DNA from: Betaproteobacteria bacterium
GTDB taxonomy: Bacteria > Pseudomonadota > Gammaproteobacteria > Burkholderiales > SHXO01
Assembly: GCA_009693245.1 (NCBI GenBank)
Contig: SHXO01000003.1
Coordinates: 4,207 to 68,206 of the forward strand
Direction: 5' to 3'
DNA: 64,000 nt
In this document: positions 1 to 8,954 of the stretch, in pieces
Position numbering within the stretch: the first letter of the stretch is position 1
Layout: each line of letters starts with the position of its first letter
Program-made: the position numbers and the translations under genes
Notes under the pieces: generated by a model
What the model saw: the letters and a program-made list of their open reading frames with translations, nothing else
The model's database searches: none
Told to the model about the DNA's origin: nothing

Positions 1-572
1 TTCGAGCCATGGTGGCCGATGCCACCGCCCGCTTCGGCGCGATCGGTGTCTTGGTGAACAACGCAGGTATTCAGCATGTGGCGCCCGTGGACGAGTTTCC
101 CGAAGACAAATGGGATGCCATCCTCGCCATCAATCTAAGCTCCGCCTTTCACGCCATCAAGGCGGCGTTGCCGTCCATGAAAAAAACAGGGTGGGGACGG
201 ATCATCAACATCGCCTCGGCCCATGGTCTGGTGGCCTCGCCGAACAAATCGGCGTATATCGCCGCCAAACACGGATTGGTGGGGCTGACCAAGACCGTGG
301 CCCTGGAGACGGCGGGCATGGGCATTACCTGTAACGCCATCTGCCCTGGCTTCGTGTTGACGCCCCTGGTGGAGAAACAAATCGCCGATCAAGCGGCTGC
401 CCATGGTCTGGAGCGAGACGCCGCCGCCAAGATGATGCTCGAACGCCAGCCTAACAAGTCTTTTGTAAAGATCGAAGAGGTCGCCGCCCTTGCGGCATTC
501 TTAGCCTCCGAGGATGCCGCGTCCATCACCGGATCCACGATGTCAGTGGACGGTGGATGGGTAGCTCAATAG
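1..572 (+). CDS. bdhA: 3-hydroxybutyrate dehydrogenase-like short-chain dehydrogenase, 5' end outside window
   Basis: The frame is open from the window edge (codons from nt 3) to TAG at 570-572. SDR hallmarks are present: NNAG and the catalytic S...YxxxK (SAYIAAKHG). Overall it resembles BdhA-type enzymes (from memory). Confidence 0.8.
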   Translation, partial: RAMVADATARFGAIGVLVNNAGIQHVAPVDEFPEDKWDAILAINLSSAFHAIKAALPSMKKTGWGRIINIASAHGLVASPNKSAYIAAKHGLVGLTKTVALETAGMGITCNAICPGFVLTPLVEKQIADQAAAHGLERDAAAKMMLERQPNKSFVKIEEVAALAAFLASEDAASITGSTMSVDGGWVAQ

Positions 573-596
573 CGCCATCCACCCACGAGGAGCACC

Positions 597-1001
597 ATGA
601 ACAAAGTAACCTTGACCATGAACGGTTCGCTACATTGCACTGGCGCCATCGAGGTGTCCGATGCCCAGGGCAAATTATTGAAGAGCGCGGCGGAGCTGTG
701 GCTGTGCCGCTGCGGGGCTTCCGGCAATAAGCCCTACTGCGATGGCAGCCACAAAGGGACGGGTTTTCTGGATGAAGGTCTGCCAGTCGCGGGGGAGCTT
801 GGGCCCGCGGCCGCCGGCGCAGCCCTCAAAGTGACCCTAAGAGAGGATGGTCCGTTGAAATGTTCGGGCCCCTTCGAGATTGCCGGTGCTGACGGGCGCA
901 TCGCATGGCGTGGCACGGACACAGCATTGTGCCGCTGTGGTGCGTCGGAGAAAAAACCGTTCTGCGATGGCACTCACCGGCGCACCGGTTTCAAGTCCTG
1001 A
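597..1001 (+). CDS. CDGSH iron-sulfur domain protein (two CDGSH motifs)
   Basis: There are two copies of the motif, CRCGASGNKPYCDGSH and CRCGASEKKPFCDGTH. A gaggag sequence lies just upstream of the ATG. Confidence 0.85.
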   Translation: MNKVTLTMNGSLHCTGAIEVSDAQGKLLKSAAELWLCRCGASGNKPYCDGSHKGTGFLDEGLPVAGELGPAAAGAALKVTLREDGPLKCSGPFEIAGADGRIAWRGTDTALCRCGASEKKPFCDGTHRRTGFKS

Positions 1002-1002
1002 C

Positions 1003-2274
1003 CTACTTCATCAGGCTCTGGTACACGAGGCTTCTGAATAAAATCCTGTACTGCACGCGCTGCTCGGGCGATTGCATCATCATCACAGGCACGAGTTGTT
1101 CCTTGGGATCGACCCAGAATGCCGTGCCCGCGTAACCGCCCCAATTGAATTCGCCCACGCTGCTCGGCCATTGAGATAGGCCCGTGTCCTTGCGCACGCC
1201 AAAGCCCAGGCCAAAGCCGTAGCCCGGACCGGGAATGAAGAAGCTACCTTGGCTGATTTTGTCGCCCACGTGGTCCGAGGCCATGTAGGCCACGGTCTTC
1301 GGTCCCAGGATGCGGGCGCCTTCCAATTCACCGCCGTTGGCGAGCATTTGCGCGAAGCGTAGATAGTCTCCCGCGGTGGAGACGAGGCCATGGCCGCCGG
1401 CGAACATGGCCGGGGGCTTGGTGACGTCGAGCAACTCGGCGGCTTTTCCGGTGGCGGGATCTATTTGCGGCTGCGCGATACGTGATTGCTTTTCCGGCGG
1501 CACGTGAAAGGCCGTATCGGTCATCTTCAGCGGCGCGAAAATTCGCTCCTGCAAGAACACATCCAAGGATTGCCCCGAGGCTACTTCCACGACGCGCCCC
1601 AGAATATCGCTGGAATGACCATACTCCCATGACGTTCCCGGCTCGAAGCACAGGGGTAATTGCGCGACGGCTTTGGAAAAGGCGTCGAGCGTGAGCGTGG
1701 GGGAGAACAAGTTCGCTTCCTTGTACATATTCTGCACGTGGTAGCGCACGGGCGTGAACACGCCGTAAGGCATGCCCGAAGTGTGGCGCAGCAAATCCTG
1801 CACGGTGATGGGCCGCTTGGCCGGCACGGTGCTGAAGGTCATCTTGCCGGTGGCGGGGTCGGTGGTTTCCACGCCCACCTTCATCTCCTTGAACTCAGGC
1901 AGGTACTTTGAAATGGGCTCCTGCAAGGTGAGTTTGCCTTCTTCCACGAGGATCATCGCCGCCACGCTGACGACGGGCTTGGTCATGGAATAGGCGCGGA
2001 AGATGGAATCGGTGCGCATGGGGACGGCTCTGGCCTTGTCCTGCATACCGAAGCCCTTGCTGTAGACCAGCTTGCCATTTCGCGCCAGCATGACCACGAC
2101 ACCGGGTAAGTCGTCCTTATCGATGGCCTTTTGCATCACCTGGGTGAGGCGCTGCAAGCGCTCCGAGGACATGCCCGTGGATTCCGGCGTGGCTTCGGGC
2201 AGCGGTGCGGCGAAGGCGGGCAGGTATAACAGCCAAGCCGCGAGAATGAGTGTGAGCAGCCGGTTCGGGAACAT
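1003..2274 (-). CDS. serine hydrolase, class C beta-lactamase/esterase-like, secreted
   Basis: 423-aa ORF with a signal-like N-terminus (LLTLILAAWLLYLPAFAA) and the S-x-x-K motif SMTK. Confidence 0.8.
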   Translation of the reverse strand: MFPNRLLTLILAAWLLYLPAFAAPLPEATPESTGMSSERLQRLTQVMQKAIDKDDLPGVVVMLARNGKLVYSKGFGMQDKARAVPMRTDSIFRAYSMTKPVVSVAAMILVEEGKLTLQEPISKYLPEFKEMKVGVETTDPATGKMTFSTVPAKRPITVQDLLRHTSGMPYGVFTPVRYHVQNMYKEANLFSPTLTLDAFSKAVAQLPLCFEPGTSWEYGHSSDILGRVVEVASGQSLDVFLQERIFAPLKMTDTAFHVPPEKQSRIAQPQIDPATGKAAELLDVTKPPAMFAGGHGLVSTAGDYLRFAQMLANGGELEGARILGPKTVAYMASDHVGDKISQGSFFIPGPGYGFGLGFGVRKDTGLSQWPSSVGEFNWGGYAGTAFWVDPKEQLVPVMMMQSPEQRVQYRILFRSLVYQSLMK

Positions 2275-2310
2275 CGGGGCCTCCAGTTTTTATTGATTGC
2301 AAAGCAGTTG

Positions 2311-2340
2311 AACCTCAGAGGCACAGAGACACAGAGAGAT
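2311..2340. repeat. CACAGAG-unit repeat module, left arm of inverted pair
   Basis: The sequence aacctcagaggcacagagacacagagagat is the reverse complement of 2397-2432 and is related to 13624-13661. Confidence 0.7.
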
Positions 2341-2396
2341 ACGAAAATTTGGCGAGTTTCCGTCGTTCTCGTGCTGCAAATTTGCATGAGATCCCG

Positions 2397-2432
2397 GTTT
2401 TCTCTGTGCCTCTGTGCCTCCGTGGTGAGGTT
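2397..2432. repeat. CACAGAG-unit repeat module, right arm (inverted)
   Basis: The reverse complement of gttttctctgtgcctctgtgcctccgtggtgaggtt matches 13624-13661 with 3 substitutions and 1 indel in my hand alignment. Confidence 0.75.
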
Positions 2433-2453
2433 TCTTGTGCCTAGGGCAACGAG

Positions 2454-3560
2454 CTATCCGTTGATGCGGCGGACTTCGGCCAAGCGCGGTACCCGCTTGG
2501 GCAATGCATCCTTTAGCTTGTTGCGCGTGTCGAGCAACAGCTTCTCCGTGGTGGGCCAATCGATGCAGGCATCCGTGACGGAAACGCCGTACTTCAGCTT
2601 CGACAAGTCGGATGGAATGGATTGATTGCCGAAATTGATGTGGCTTTCCAGCATGGTGCCGACGATGGATTGGTTACCGTCGATGATCTGGTGGGCCACG
2701 TCGTTCATCACCAGGGGTTGCAGGGCGGCATCCTTGTTGGAATTGGCATGGCTGCAATCCACCATGATGTTGGGCGCCAGCTTGTTCTTGGCCAGATCTT
2801 TTTCTACGACGGCAATGGTGACTGAATCGTAGTTGGGGCCCTTGCTACCGCCGCGCAAGACGATGTGCCCGTAGGCATTGCCCTTGGTGCGCATGACGGA
2901 GACCTGGCCGGATTTGTTGATGCCCAGGAAACTGTGCGGGCTCGATACGGATAAAAGCGCGTTGATGGCCACTTGCAGGCCGCCGTCGGTGCCGTTCTTG
3001 AAGCCCACGGGCGTGGAAAGGCCGCTTGCCATTTCGCGGTGAGTCTGGGATTCCGTGGTGCGCGCGCCGATGGCGCTCCAGGAAATGAGATCCCCCAGAT
3101 ATTGCGGGGAGATGGGGTCCAGCGCCTCGGTGCCCGTGGGCAAGCCCAGCTCGGCGATGTCGAGGAGCAGTTTGCGGGCGCGCAGCAAGCCTTCGGCGAT
3201 ATCGAAGGAATCGTTCATGTGAGGATCGTTGATCAAGCCCTTCCAGCCCACGGTGGTACGCGGCTTCTCGAAATAGACTCGCATAATGACGAGAAGCGTG
3301 CCGGATACTTGATCCGACACCTTCTTCAATTTCTGGGCGTAGTCCATGGCTGCCACGGTATCGTGGATGGAGCACGGGCCCACGACTACCATCAAGCGGT
3401 GATCCTCGCGGTCTAGAATGCGTTCCACCGCCGCGCGCCCCTCCAGTACCACGCGCTCGGCGCGCTCGGTCAAAGGCAGCTTGAGCTTGATCTCGTCGGG
3501 TGTGGGCAGTACTTCCTGCGCCGCGACGTTGACGTTGTAAACCAGCTTCTCGTCCATCAT
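2454..3560 (-). CDS. aroG: 3-deoxy-7-phosphoheptulonate (DAHP) synthase, class I
   Basis: AroG/F/H-type sequence runs over about 350 aa (e.g. KPRTTVGWKGLINDP). The track ORF extends to 3809, but the conserved N-terminus (MMDEKLVYNVN) and an upstream aggaa favour the ATG at 3560. Confidence 0.88.
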   Translation of the reverse strand: MMDEKLVYNVNVAAQEVLPTPDEIKLKLPLTERAERVVLEGRAAVERILDREDHRLMVVVGPCSIHDTVAAMDYAQKLKKVSDQVSGTLLVIMRVYFEKPRTTVGWKGLINDPHMNDSFDIAEGLLRARKLLLDIAELGLPTGTEALDPISPQYLGDLISWSAIGARTTESQTHREMASGLSTPVGFKNGTDGGLQVAINALLSVSSPHSFLGINKSGQVSVMRTKGNAYGHIVLRGGSKGPNYDSVTIAVVEKDLAKNKLAPNIMVDCSHANSNKDAALQPLVMNDVAHQIIDGNQSIVGTMLESHINFGNQSIPSDLSKLKYGVSVTDACIDWPTTEKLLLDTRNKLKDALPKRVPRLAEVRRING

Positions 3561-3681
3561 CGATTCCTGAAGTTTATTTCCGGTCCCCGATTCTACGCAA
3601 TCGCGCGCGCGGGCGGCAACGCTAAACCGAAGCAAGTGCCTGCCGATAACTCGGGCTGTGCCCACGAATATTGCGAAATCC

Positions 3682-4704
3682 ATGCGAGCCATGCCCCTGT
3701 CCTTTGTCCTTCTGGCCAGTTTCTGGGCCGGGTTTGCCATTGCTGCGTCTTGGTCCACAGTTGCCCGTAACGGCGAATCCGTGGTGGAAATCGACTCCGG
3801 CAGCCTCACCCGAAAGGGGCAGACGGTGCGCGCCTGGAGCCGCCAAGTCTACGGCGAGGACCAACCTTTGCCCTTGGGAGATCCGCCCTTTCGCGCTGTA
3901 CGCTACCTCTACAGCTATGAATGCGGCAAGCGTTCCGCCCTATTGATCCGGCGCACCTACGTCAACGAGCAAGGCGAACCCATCAAGGACCAATTGCTCG
4001 AAGGCCTCGAAATGGCCAAGGACATCGTCCCCGGCACGTTGCAAGAGCGTGTTTACGATCAGGCATGCAAGGCAGCCAAGGAGACGGTGGCGCAGAAGGG
4101 GCCGGCGGCGAAGGCCACGGCTGCGGATGGGCAGAAGCCCACGGGCAAACCCAGCGCCGCACTGGCGAAGGAGGGGAAAGACGATCCCTTGGCCGAGCCC
4201 GCGAATGCCGAACCGGCCAGCGATGGGACGGGCCACGATGAGCCACAACCTGAACACGCGAAGTCCAAGCTCCCCGCCAAGTCGCCCTCCAAGCCGGCGA
4301 GCAAACGCGCCAAGCCCATGCTGGTTGCCAAGGCCAAGGCCGCGAAGGAAGAAGAAGCGCCCTCGGCCGGTCGTGCAGAGGCCGCCGAGAGCGAGCATGA
4401 GGCCGGTAGCCCTGCCAATGAGCAGAGCAAGTCCGAGAAGGTGGCGGTGGCCGAGAAGAAATCCAAACACGACGAAGAGTGCGACAACTGCGAAGACGGC
4501 GAAGCGGCCGCCGAGGACAAGCCAAGCACACCTTTGCCCCCCCGCCCGCTGGTAAAACCATTGTGGCGGGTTGTTTCAGATCCCGATCGCGGCTTGATTT
4601 ACGAATTCGCCACCCACAGCGGGGCAGCGGCGAAAGCGAAGGAATTTGCCGAGGATCGCGTGGCGCGAGGGTATAATTATTGTACATTTATTAATTATTA
4701 TTGA
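3682..4704 (+). CDS. secreted hypothetical protein with long A/K/E/P-rich low-complexity region
   Basis: Signal peptide MRAMPLSFVLLASFWAGFAIAA. The protein has a globular N-terminal ~100 aa, a low-complexity middle and a Cys-containing C-terminus. Its last 11 codons lie in AT-rich DNA. I prefer ATG 3682 over GTG 3658. Confidence 0.6.
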   Translation: MRAMPLSFVLLASFWAGFAIAASWSTVARNGESVVEIDSGSLTRKGQTVRAWSRQVYGEDQPLPLGDPPFRAVRYLYSYECGKRSALLIRRTYVNEQGEPIKDQLLEGLEMAKDIVPGTLQERVYDQACKAAKETVAQKGPAAKATAADGQKPTGKPSAALAKEGKDDPLAEPANAEPASDGTGHDEPQPEHAKSKLPAKSPSKPASKRAKPMLVAKAKAAKEEEAPSAGRAEAAESEHEAGSPANEQSKSEKVAVAEKKSKHDEECDNCEDGEAAAEDKPSTPLPPRPLVKPLWRVVSDPDRGLIYEFATHSGAAAKAKEFAEDRVARGYNYCTFINYY

Positions 4705-4764
4705 TGCGAATAGTGATAATAATTTATGTGAAAAATCCATTGTTCGTTACGACTGGGGCTGGAG

Positions 4765-5520
4765 ATGAATATGCGCTTCTTTAGGCTTGCGCTTTGCCTT
4801 GCTCTTCCAGAGCTATTGGCTGGCTGCGGGACCTTTTTCGGCAAGACTGATTGGGACTACCAGGGCAACAATGGCCCGCAGAACTGGGGGAAGCTCAGCT
4901 CGGAGTTCGCCGCCTGCGCAAGCGGAAAGTACCAATCGCCCATCGACATCAAGGATGGCATCCGGCTCAGTCTGGAGCCCGTCGAGTTCGATTACAAGCC
5001 CAGCCAGCTACGGATTTTGGATAATGGCCACACGGTGCAGGTCAATTACGCCGAGGGCAGCTCGATCACCGTGAGTGGAGAAAAATACACCCTTACGGAG
5101 TTTCACTTCCACAAGCCCTCGGAGGAGCGCATCGCGGGCTTGGCCTTCGACATGGTGGCGCACCTAACGCACAAGAACGGGACCGGGCAACTGGCCGTGG
5201 TGGCGGTGATGCTGCGAAACGGCGCCCCCAATCCGCTGATACAGACACTTTGGACGCATCTGCCGCTACAACAGGGTAAGGAAGGCGGGCCGCCGAACGT
5301 GAAGATAGATGCTGCCCAATTGCTGCCCGCCGACCGTTCTTACTACACTTTCATGGGGTCGCTGACGACGCCCCCTTGCACAGAGGGCGTGTTGTGGCTG
5401 GTGATGAAGAACCCCATGCAGGTCTCGCGCTCCCAGATCGCCGCCTTCGACCATTTGTACGAAGCCAACGCCCGTCCGTTGCAACCAGCCAACCGGCGGC
5501 TCATCAAGGAATCGCTGTAA
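4765..5520 (+). CDS. alpha-type carbonic anhydrase, lipoprotein/periplasmic
   Basis: Lipobox LLAGC and alpha-CA signatures QSPIDI, EFHFH and [11 protein letters not shown]. The start could instead be ATG 4771, which has better spacing to ggag. Confidence 0.9.
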   Translation: MNMRFFRLALCLALPELLAGCGTFFGKTDWDYQGNNGPQNWGKLSSEFAACASGKYQSPIDIKDGIRLSLEPVEFDYKPSQLRILDNGHTVQVNYAEGSSITVSGEKYTLTEFHFHKPSEERIAGLAFDMVAHLTHKNGTGQLAVVAVMLRNGAPNPLIQTLWTHLPLQQGKEGGPPNVKIDAAQLLPADRSYYTFMGSLTTPPCTEGVLWLVMKNPMQVSRSQIAAFDHLYEANARPLQPANRRLIKESL

Positions 5521-5558
5521 AGCCGGATGCCGTGGCGCAATCGCCGCGGCATCCGGCT
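5521..5558. terminator. 12-bp perfect hairpin between convergent genes
   Basis: agccggatgccg (5521-5532) pairs with cggcatccggct (5547-5558) between the carbonic anhydrase and NIPSNAP stop codons. There is no clear U-tract. Confidence 0.5.
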
Positions 5559-5884
5559 TACTTCATCTTCGAATAGGCGGTCGGCGCGAGGAACATATTC
5601 TCTATGTGCTCCACCAAGGGGCCATTCTTCTCGGTCTCCGCGCGCGCGCTGAGCCAAGCGGGGTCGGTGGCGAACACATTCCACTTACGCTCGCGGTCCG
5701 CCATGCTCTCCCATTCCAGGATGTAGTAGAGCGCGTTGTTGCTGGGCCCCACGGCAACGGTCCAAAAGCCCACCTGCTTGATGCCGTGCTTTTCCCACAT
5801 CTTGAGCGTGATGTTGGCGAAGCGGTTATTCAGATCGGGCAACCGGCCGGGGACCGCATGATAGATACGCATTTCGTAGAGCAT
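5558..5884 (-). CDS. NIPSNAP family protein
   Basis: 108 aa, with MLYEMRIYHAVPGRLPDL...MWEKHGIKQVGFW typical of the NIPSNAP fold. Confidence 0.75.
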   Translation of the reverse strand: MLYEMRIYHAVPGRLPDLNNRFANITLKMWEKHGIKQVGFWTVAVGPSNNALYYILEWESMADRERKWNVFATDPAWLSARAETEKNGPLVEHIENMFLAPTAYSKMK

Positions 5885-6111
5885 GAACTCCTCCTATGAA
5901 GTAGGTGACGGATTCGCGAGTATGACAGAGGGCGGGCACCGAATTCGGTTGGAATTTCCAGGGCCGTACCTAAATTAGCCTGGAGGGAAGTCTCTCTAGG
6001 GTATACTTTTCATGAGTAATCAATGATATAAAGCTTTTGATCATTTTTGGTCACGCCCCATTCTTTGTTGCGCCCCGTTTCGATTGCAGCAAGTTTCAAC
6101 CGAGGTTCCAG

Positions 6112-6465
6112 ATGCCGATATACGAATACCGTTGTACCGCTTGCGGAGTAACGCGAGACATTCTCCAGAAGCTCTCCGATCCTCCCGCCACAGAGTGCGC
6201 GAGTTGCGGTAAGCACGCGCTCGCCAAGCAAGTCACCGCCGCCGGGTTTCAATTGAAGGGTTCCGGCTGGTACGCCACCGATTTCAAGAACAGCGGCGCC
6301 AAGCCCGCCGAGAAGAGCAAGTCTTCGGACAATGGCTCCGGCGACTCGGGTGCCAAGTCCAGTTCAGAGGGCAAGGCCCCGGACAAATCATCCACGGACT
6401 CCTCCAGCAAAGCGCCGGCGGCGTCCGCGCCCGCGCCCGCGGCGGGAAGCTCAACCTCCGAGTGA
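6112..6465 (+). CDS. FmdB-family zinc-ribbon putative regulatory protein
   Basis: MPIYEYRCTACG...CASCG forms a CxxC...CxxC ribbon, followed by a Ser/Ala-rich tail. The ATG at 6112 is preceded by gagg. The track ORF start at 6037 is unlikely. Confidence 0.8.
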   Translation: MPIYEYRCTACGVTRDILQKLSDPPATECASCGKHALAKQVTAAGFQLKGSGWYATDFKNSGAKPAEKSKSSDNGSGDSGAKSSSEGKAPDKSSTDSSSKAPAASAPAPAAGSSTSE

Positions 6466-6474
6466 CATGACCGG

Positions 6475-7101
6475 GTGAAGAAGTACCTCATCACCGGGTT
6501 GCTGATTTGGATCCCCCTGGTTATTACCATGTGGGTTCTGAGTCTGGTTGTCACCACCATGGACCAGAGCCTGCTGCTTTTGCCCGAGGCTTGGCGGCCC
6601 TCCACATGGATTGGCGTGCATGTTCCCGGCTTCGGGGTGATACTCACCCTGCTCGTGATTTTCTTGACGGGCATGCTCGCGGCCAACATTCTTGGCCAGC
6701 GGCTGGTGGAATTTTGGGAGAGCCTGCTGGCCCGGATTCCCGTGGTGAAAACCATCTACACCAGCGTGAAGCAAGTGTCCGATACGATTTTCTCCAGCAA
6801 GGGCGAGGCTTTTCGCAAGGCGGTGCTGGTGCGTTTTCCCCACAAGGATTCGTGGACCGTGGGTTTTCTCACGGGGGCGCCGGGGCATGAAATCACGCGC
6901 CGCCTCGGGGCGGGACATGTCAGTGTATTCGTTCCCACCACGCCCAATCCAACGTCGGGTTACATGATTATCGTGCCCAAGGCCGATACGGTGGAACTCG
7001 ATATGAAAGTGGACGAAGCGCTCAAATACATCGTCTCCATGGGCGTGGCAGGGGCGCACGCTCAATCGCAAGCGCCGCGAAGCCATACAATCGCGCTCTA
7101 G
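6475..7101 (+). CDS. DUF502-family membrane protein
   Basis: GTG start and two N-terminal TM helices (LITGLLIWIPLVITMWVL...). The family assignment is from memory. Confidence 0.7.
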   Translation: MKKYLITGLLIWIPLVITMWVLSLVVTTMDQSLLLLPEAWRPSTWIGVHVPGFGVILTLLVIFLTGMLAANILGQRLVEFWESLLARIPVVKTIYTSVKQVSDTIFSSKGEAFRKAVLVRFPHKDSWTVGFLTGAPGHEITRRLGAGHVSVFVPTTPNPTSGYMIIVPKADTVELDMKVDEALKYIVSMGVAGAHAQSQAPRSHTIAL

Positions 7102-7122
7102 GCAACAGACCTTTCCTTCATT

Positions 7123-7153
7123 GCCCGCCCCATTGGGGACGGGCTTAATTTTT
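7123..7153 (+). terminator. rho-independent terminator
   Basis: gcccgcccc-att-ggggacgggc hairpin followed by ttaattttt. Confidence 0.7.
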
Positions 7154-7169
7154 AGAACAAGAAGTTTTC

Positions 7170-8948
7170 ATGCGCACTAATTATTGTGGTTTCATCGACC
7201 GGGCCTACCTCGGCCAAACCGTAACGCTATATGGCTGGGTGCACCGCCGCCGCGATCACGGTGGCGTCATCTTCATCGATTTGCGCGACCGTGAAGGGCT
7301 GGTGCAGGTGGTGTGCGATCCCGATACGAAGGAAGCTTTCGCCACCGCCGACCGCGCGCGTAGCGAATACGTAATGCAGATCACCGGCCGCGTGCGTCCC
7401 CGGCCCGGGGGAACCGTCAACCCCAACTTGCGTAGCGGCGAGATCGAGGTGCTGGCGAAGGACATCGCCATCTTGAATCCATCGCTTCCCGTGCCTTTCC
7501 AGATCGACGACGAGAATCTCAACGAGAACGTGCGCCTGGAGCACCGCGTGCTCGATTTGCGCCGCCCCGACATGCAGCGCAATTTGCGCTTGCGTTACAA
7601 GGTGGCGCTGGCTGTGCGCAAGTTTCTCGACGAGAAGGGCTTCATCGACATCGAAACGCCGATGCTCACGCGTTCCACGCCCGAGGGCGCGCGCGACTAT
7701 CTGGTGCCAAGCCGCGTGCATCCCGGCGAGTTCTTCGCCCTGCCGCAGTCGCCCCAGTTGTTCAAGCAATTGCTCATGATCGCGGGCTTCGACCGGTACT
7801 ATCAAATCACGAAGTGTTTTCGCGACGAAGATCTGCGCGCGGACCGCCAGCCCGAATTCACGCAGATCGATATCGAGACCTCCTTCCTCGGCGTGCCCGA
7901 GATCACCGCCATCATGGAAGAGATGGTGGGCGTGGTGTTCAAGGAAACCATCGGCGTGCAATTGCCGCACCCCTTTCCGCGCATGACCTACGCCGATGCC
8001 ATGGCCAAGTACGGTTCCGACAAGCCGGACTTGCGAGTGTCCCTGGAGATCACGGAACTCACCGATGCCATGAAGGAGGTGGAGTTCAAGGTGTTCAACA
8101 ACGCCGCCAACATGGCGGGCGGGCGCGTGGCGGCGCTGCGCATTCCCGGCGGTGGCAACCTCCTCACGCGCGGCGAGATCGACGGGTTCACTCAATTCGT
8201 CGCCATCCACGGCGCCAAGGGATTGGCCTATATCAAGGTGAATGAGGTGGCCAAGGGCCGTGAGGGCTTGCAATCGCCCATCGTCAAGAATCTCTCCGAT
8301 GCCGTGCTCAAAACGATCATCGAACGCACCGGCGCGCATGATGGCGATGTGATTTTCTTCGGCGCGGACAAGGCCAAGGTGGTGAACGAATCCCTGGGCG
8401 CCTTGCGCGTGAAGATCGGCCACGAGAAGGGCCTCGCGGTGAAGGAATGGCGGCCCTTGTGGGTCACGGACTTTCCCATGTTCGAGTGGAACGAGGAAGA
8501 AAAACGCTGGGATGCCTTGCACCACCCCTTCACCTCGCCGCAAGACGGCCACGAGGCTTATCTCGAATCCGATCCAGGCAAGGCCATCTCCAAGGGTTAC
8601 GACATGGTGCTAAACGGCTGGGAGATCGGCGGGGGGTCCGTGCGTATTCACCGGCAAGAAGTGCAAGCGCGTGTATTCAGCGCGCTCAACATCGGGCCCG
8701 AGGAGCAGCGCAAGAAATTCGGCTTCTTATTGGATGCCCTGCAATACGGCGCGCCGCCCCATGGCGGTCTCGCGTTCGGATTGGACCGCATCGTGACCTT
8801 GATGACTGGCGCGACTTCCATCCGTGACGTCATCGCCTTCCCGAAAACCCAGCGCGCACAATGCTTGCTCACGCAGGCGCCCAACGAAGTGGACGAACGG
8901 CAATTGCGCGAACTGCACATCCGCATTCGTAAGCCGGAGAAGGCGTAA
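7170..8948 (+). CDS. aspS: aspartate--tRNA ligase
   Basis: 592 aa with class II aaRS motifs ([30 protein letters not shown]). Confidence 0.97.
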   Translation: MRTNYCGFIDRAYLGQTVTLYGWVHRRRDHGGVIFIDLRDREGLVQVVCDPDTKEAFATADRARSEYVMQITGRVRPRPGGTVNPNLRSGEIEVLAKDIAILNPSLPVPFQIDDENLNENVRLEHRVLDLRRPDMQRNLRLRYKVALAVRKFLDEKGFIDIETPMLTRSTPEGARDYLVPSRVHPGEFFALPQSPQLFKQLLMIAGFDRYYQITKCFRDEDLRADRQPEFTQIDIETSFLGVPEITAIMEEMVGVVFKETIGVQLPHPFPRMTYADAMAKYGSDKPDLRVSLEITELTDAMKEVEFKVFNNAANMAGGRVAALRIPGGGNLLTRGEIDGFTQFVAIHGAKGLAYIKVNEVAKGREGLQSPIVKNLSDAVLKTIIERTGAHDGDVIFFGADKAKVVNESLGALRVKIGHEKGLAVKEWRPLWVTDFPMFEWNEEEKRWDALHHPFTSPQDGHEAYLESDPGKAISKGYDMVLNGWEIGGGSVRIHRQEVQARVFSALNIGPEEQRKKFGFLLDALQYGAPPHGGLAFGLDRIVTLMTGATSIRDVIAFPKTQRAQCLLTQAPNEVDERQLRELHIRIRKPEKA

Positions 8949-8954
8949 CAGCCC

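Noticed and set aside
2311-2432. A CRISPR array or tandem-repeat locus suggested by the repeated cacagag / ctctgtg strings, also at 13624-13661.
   Set aside because: The units are only 7-8 nt long and directly adjacent, with no spacers. The copies are inverted rather than direct. No cas genes are present. A REP-like palindromic element is the better description.
7227-8552. Very long antisense or out-of-frame ORFs inside confirmed genes. Examples: 441 aa antisense to aspS; also 15009-16085 in aroC, 17970-19301 opposite the MFS gene, 28345-29184 in trpB, 35704-36531 in the MBL gene, 43476-44489 opposite the protease remnant, 52897-53898 in the GGDEF-EAL gene, and 57534-58463 in dnaK.
   Set aside because: Their translations are Arg/Gly/His/Ala-rich with no recognisable motifs. 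They lie opposite or overlapping genes with unambiguous conserved products. High GC content suppresses stop codons on the antisense strand, so such ORFs are expected artefacts.
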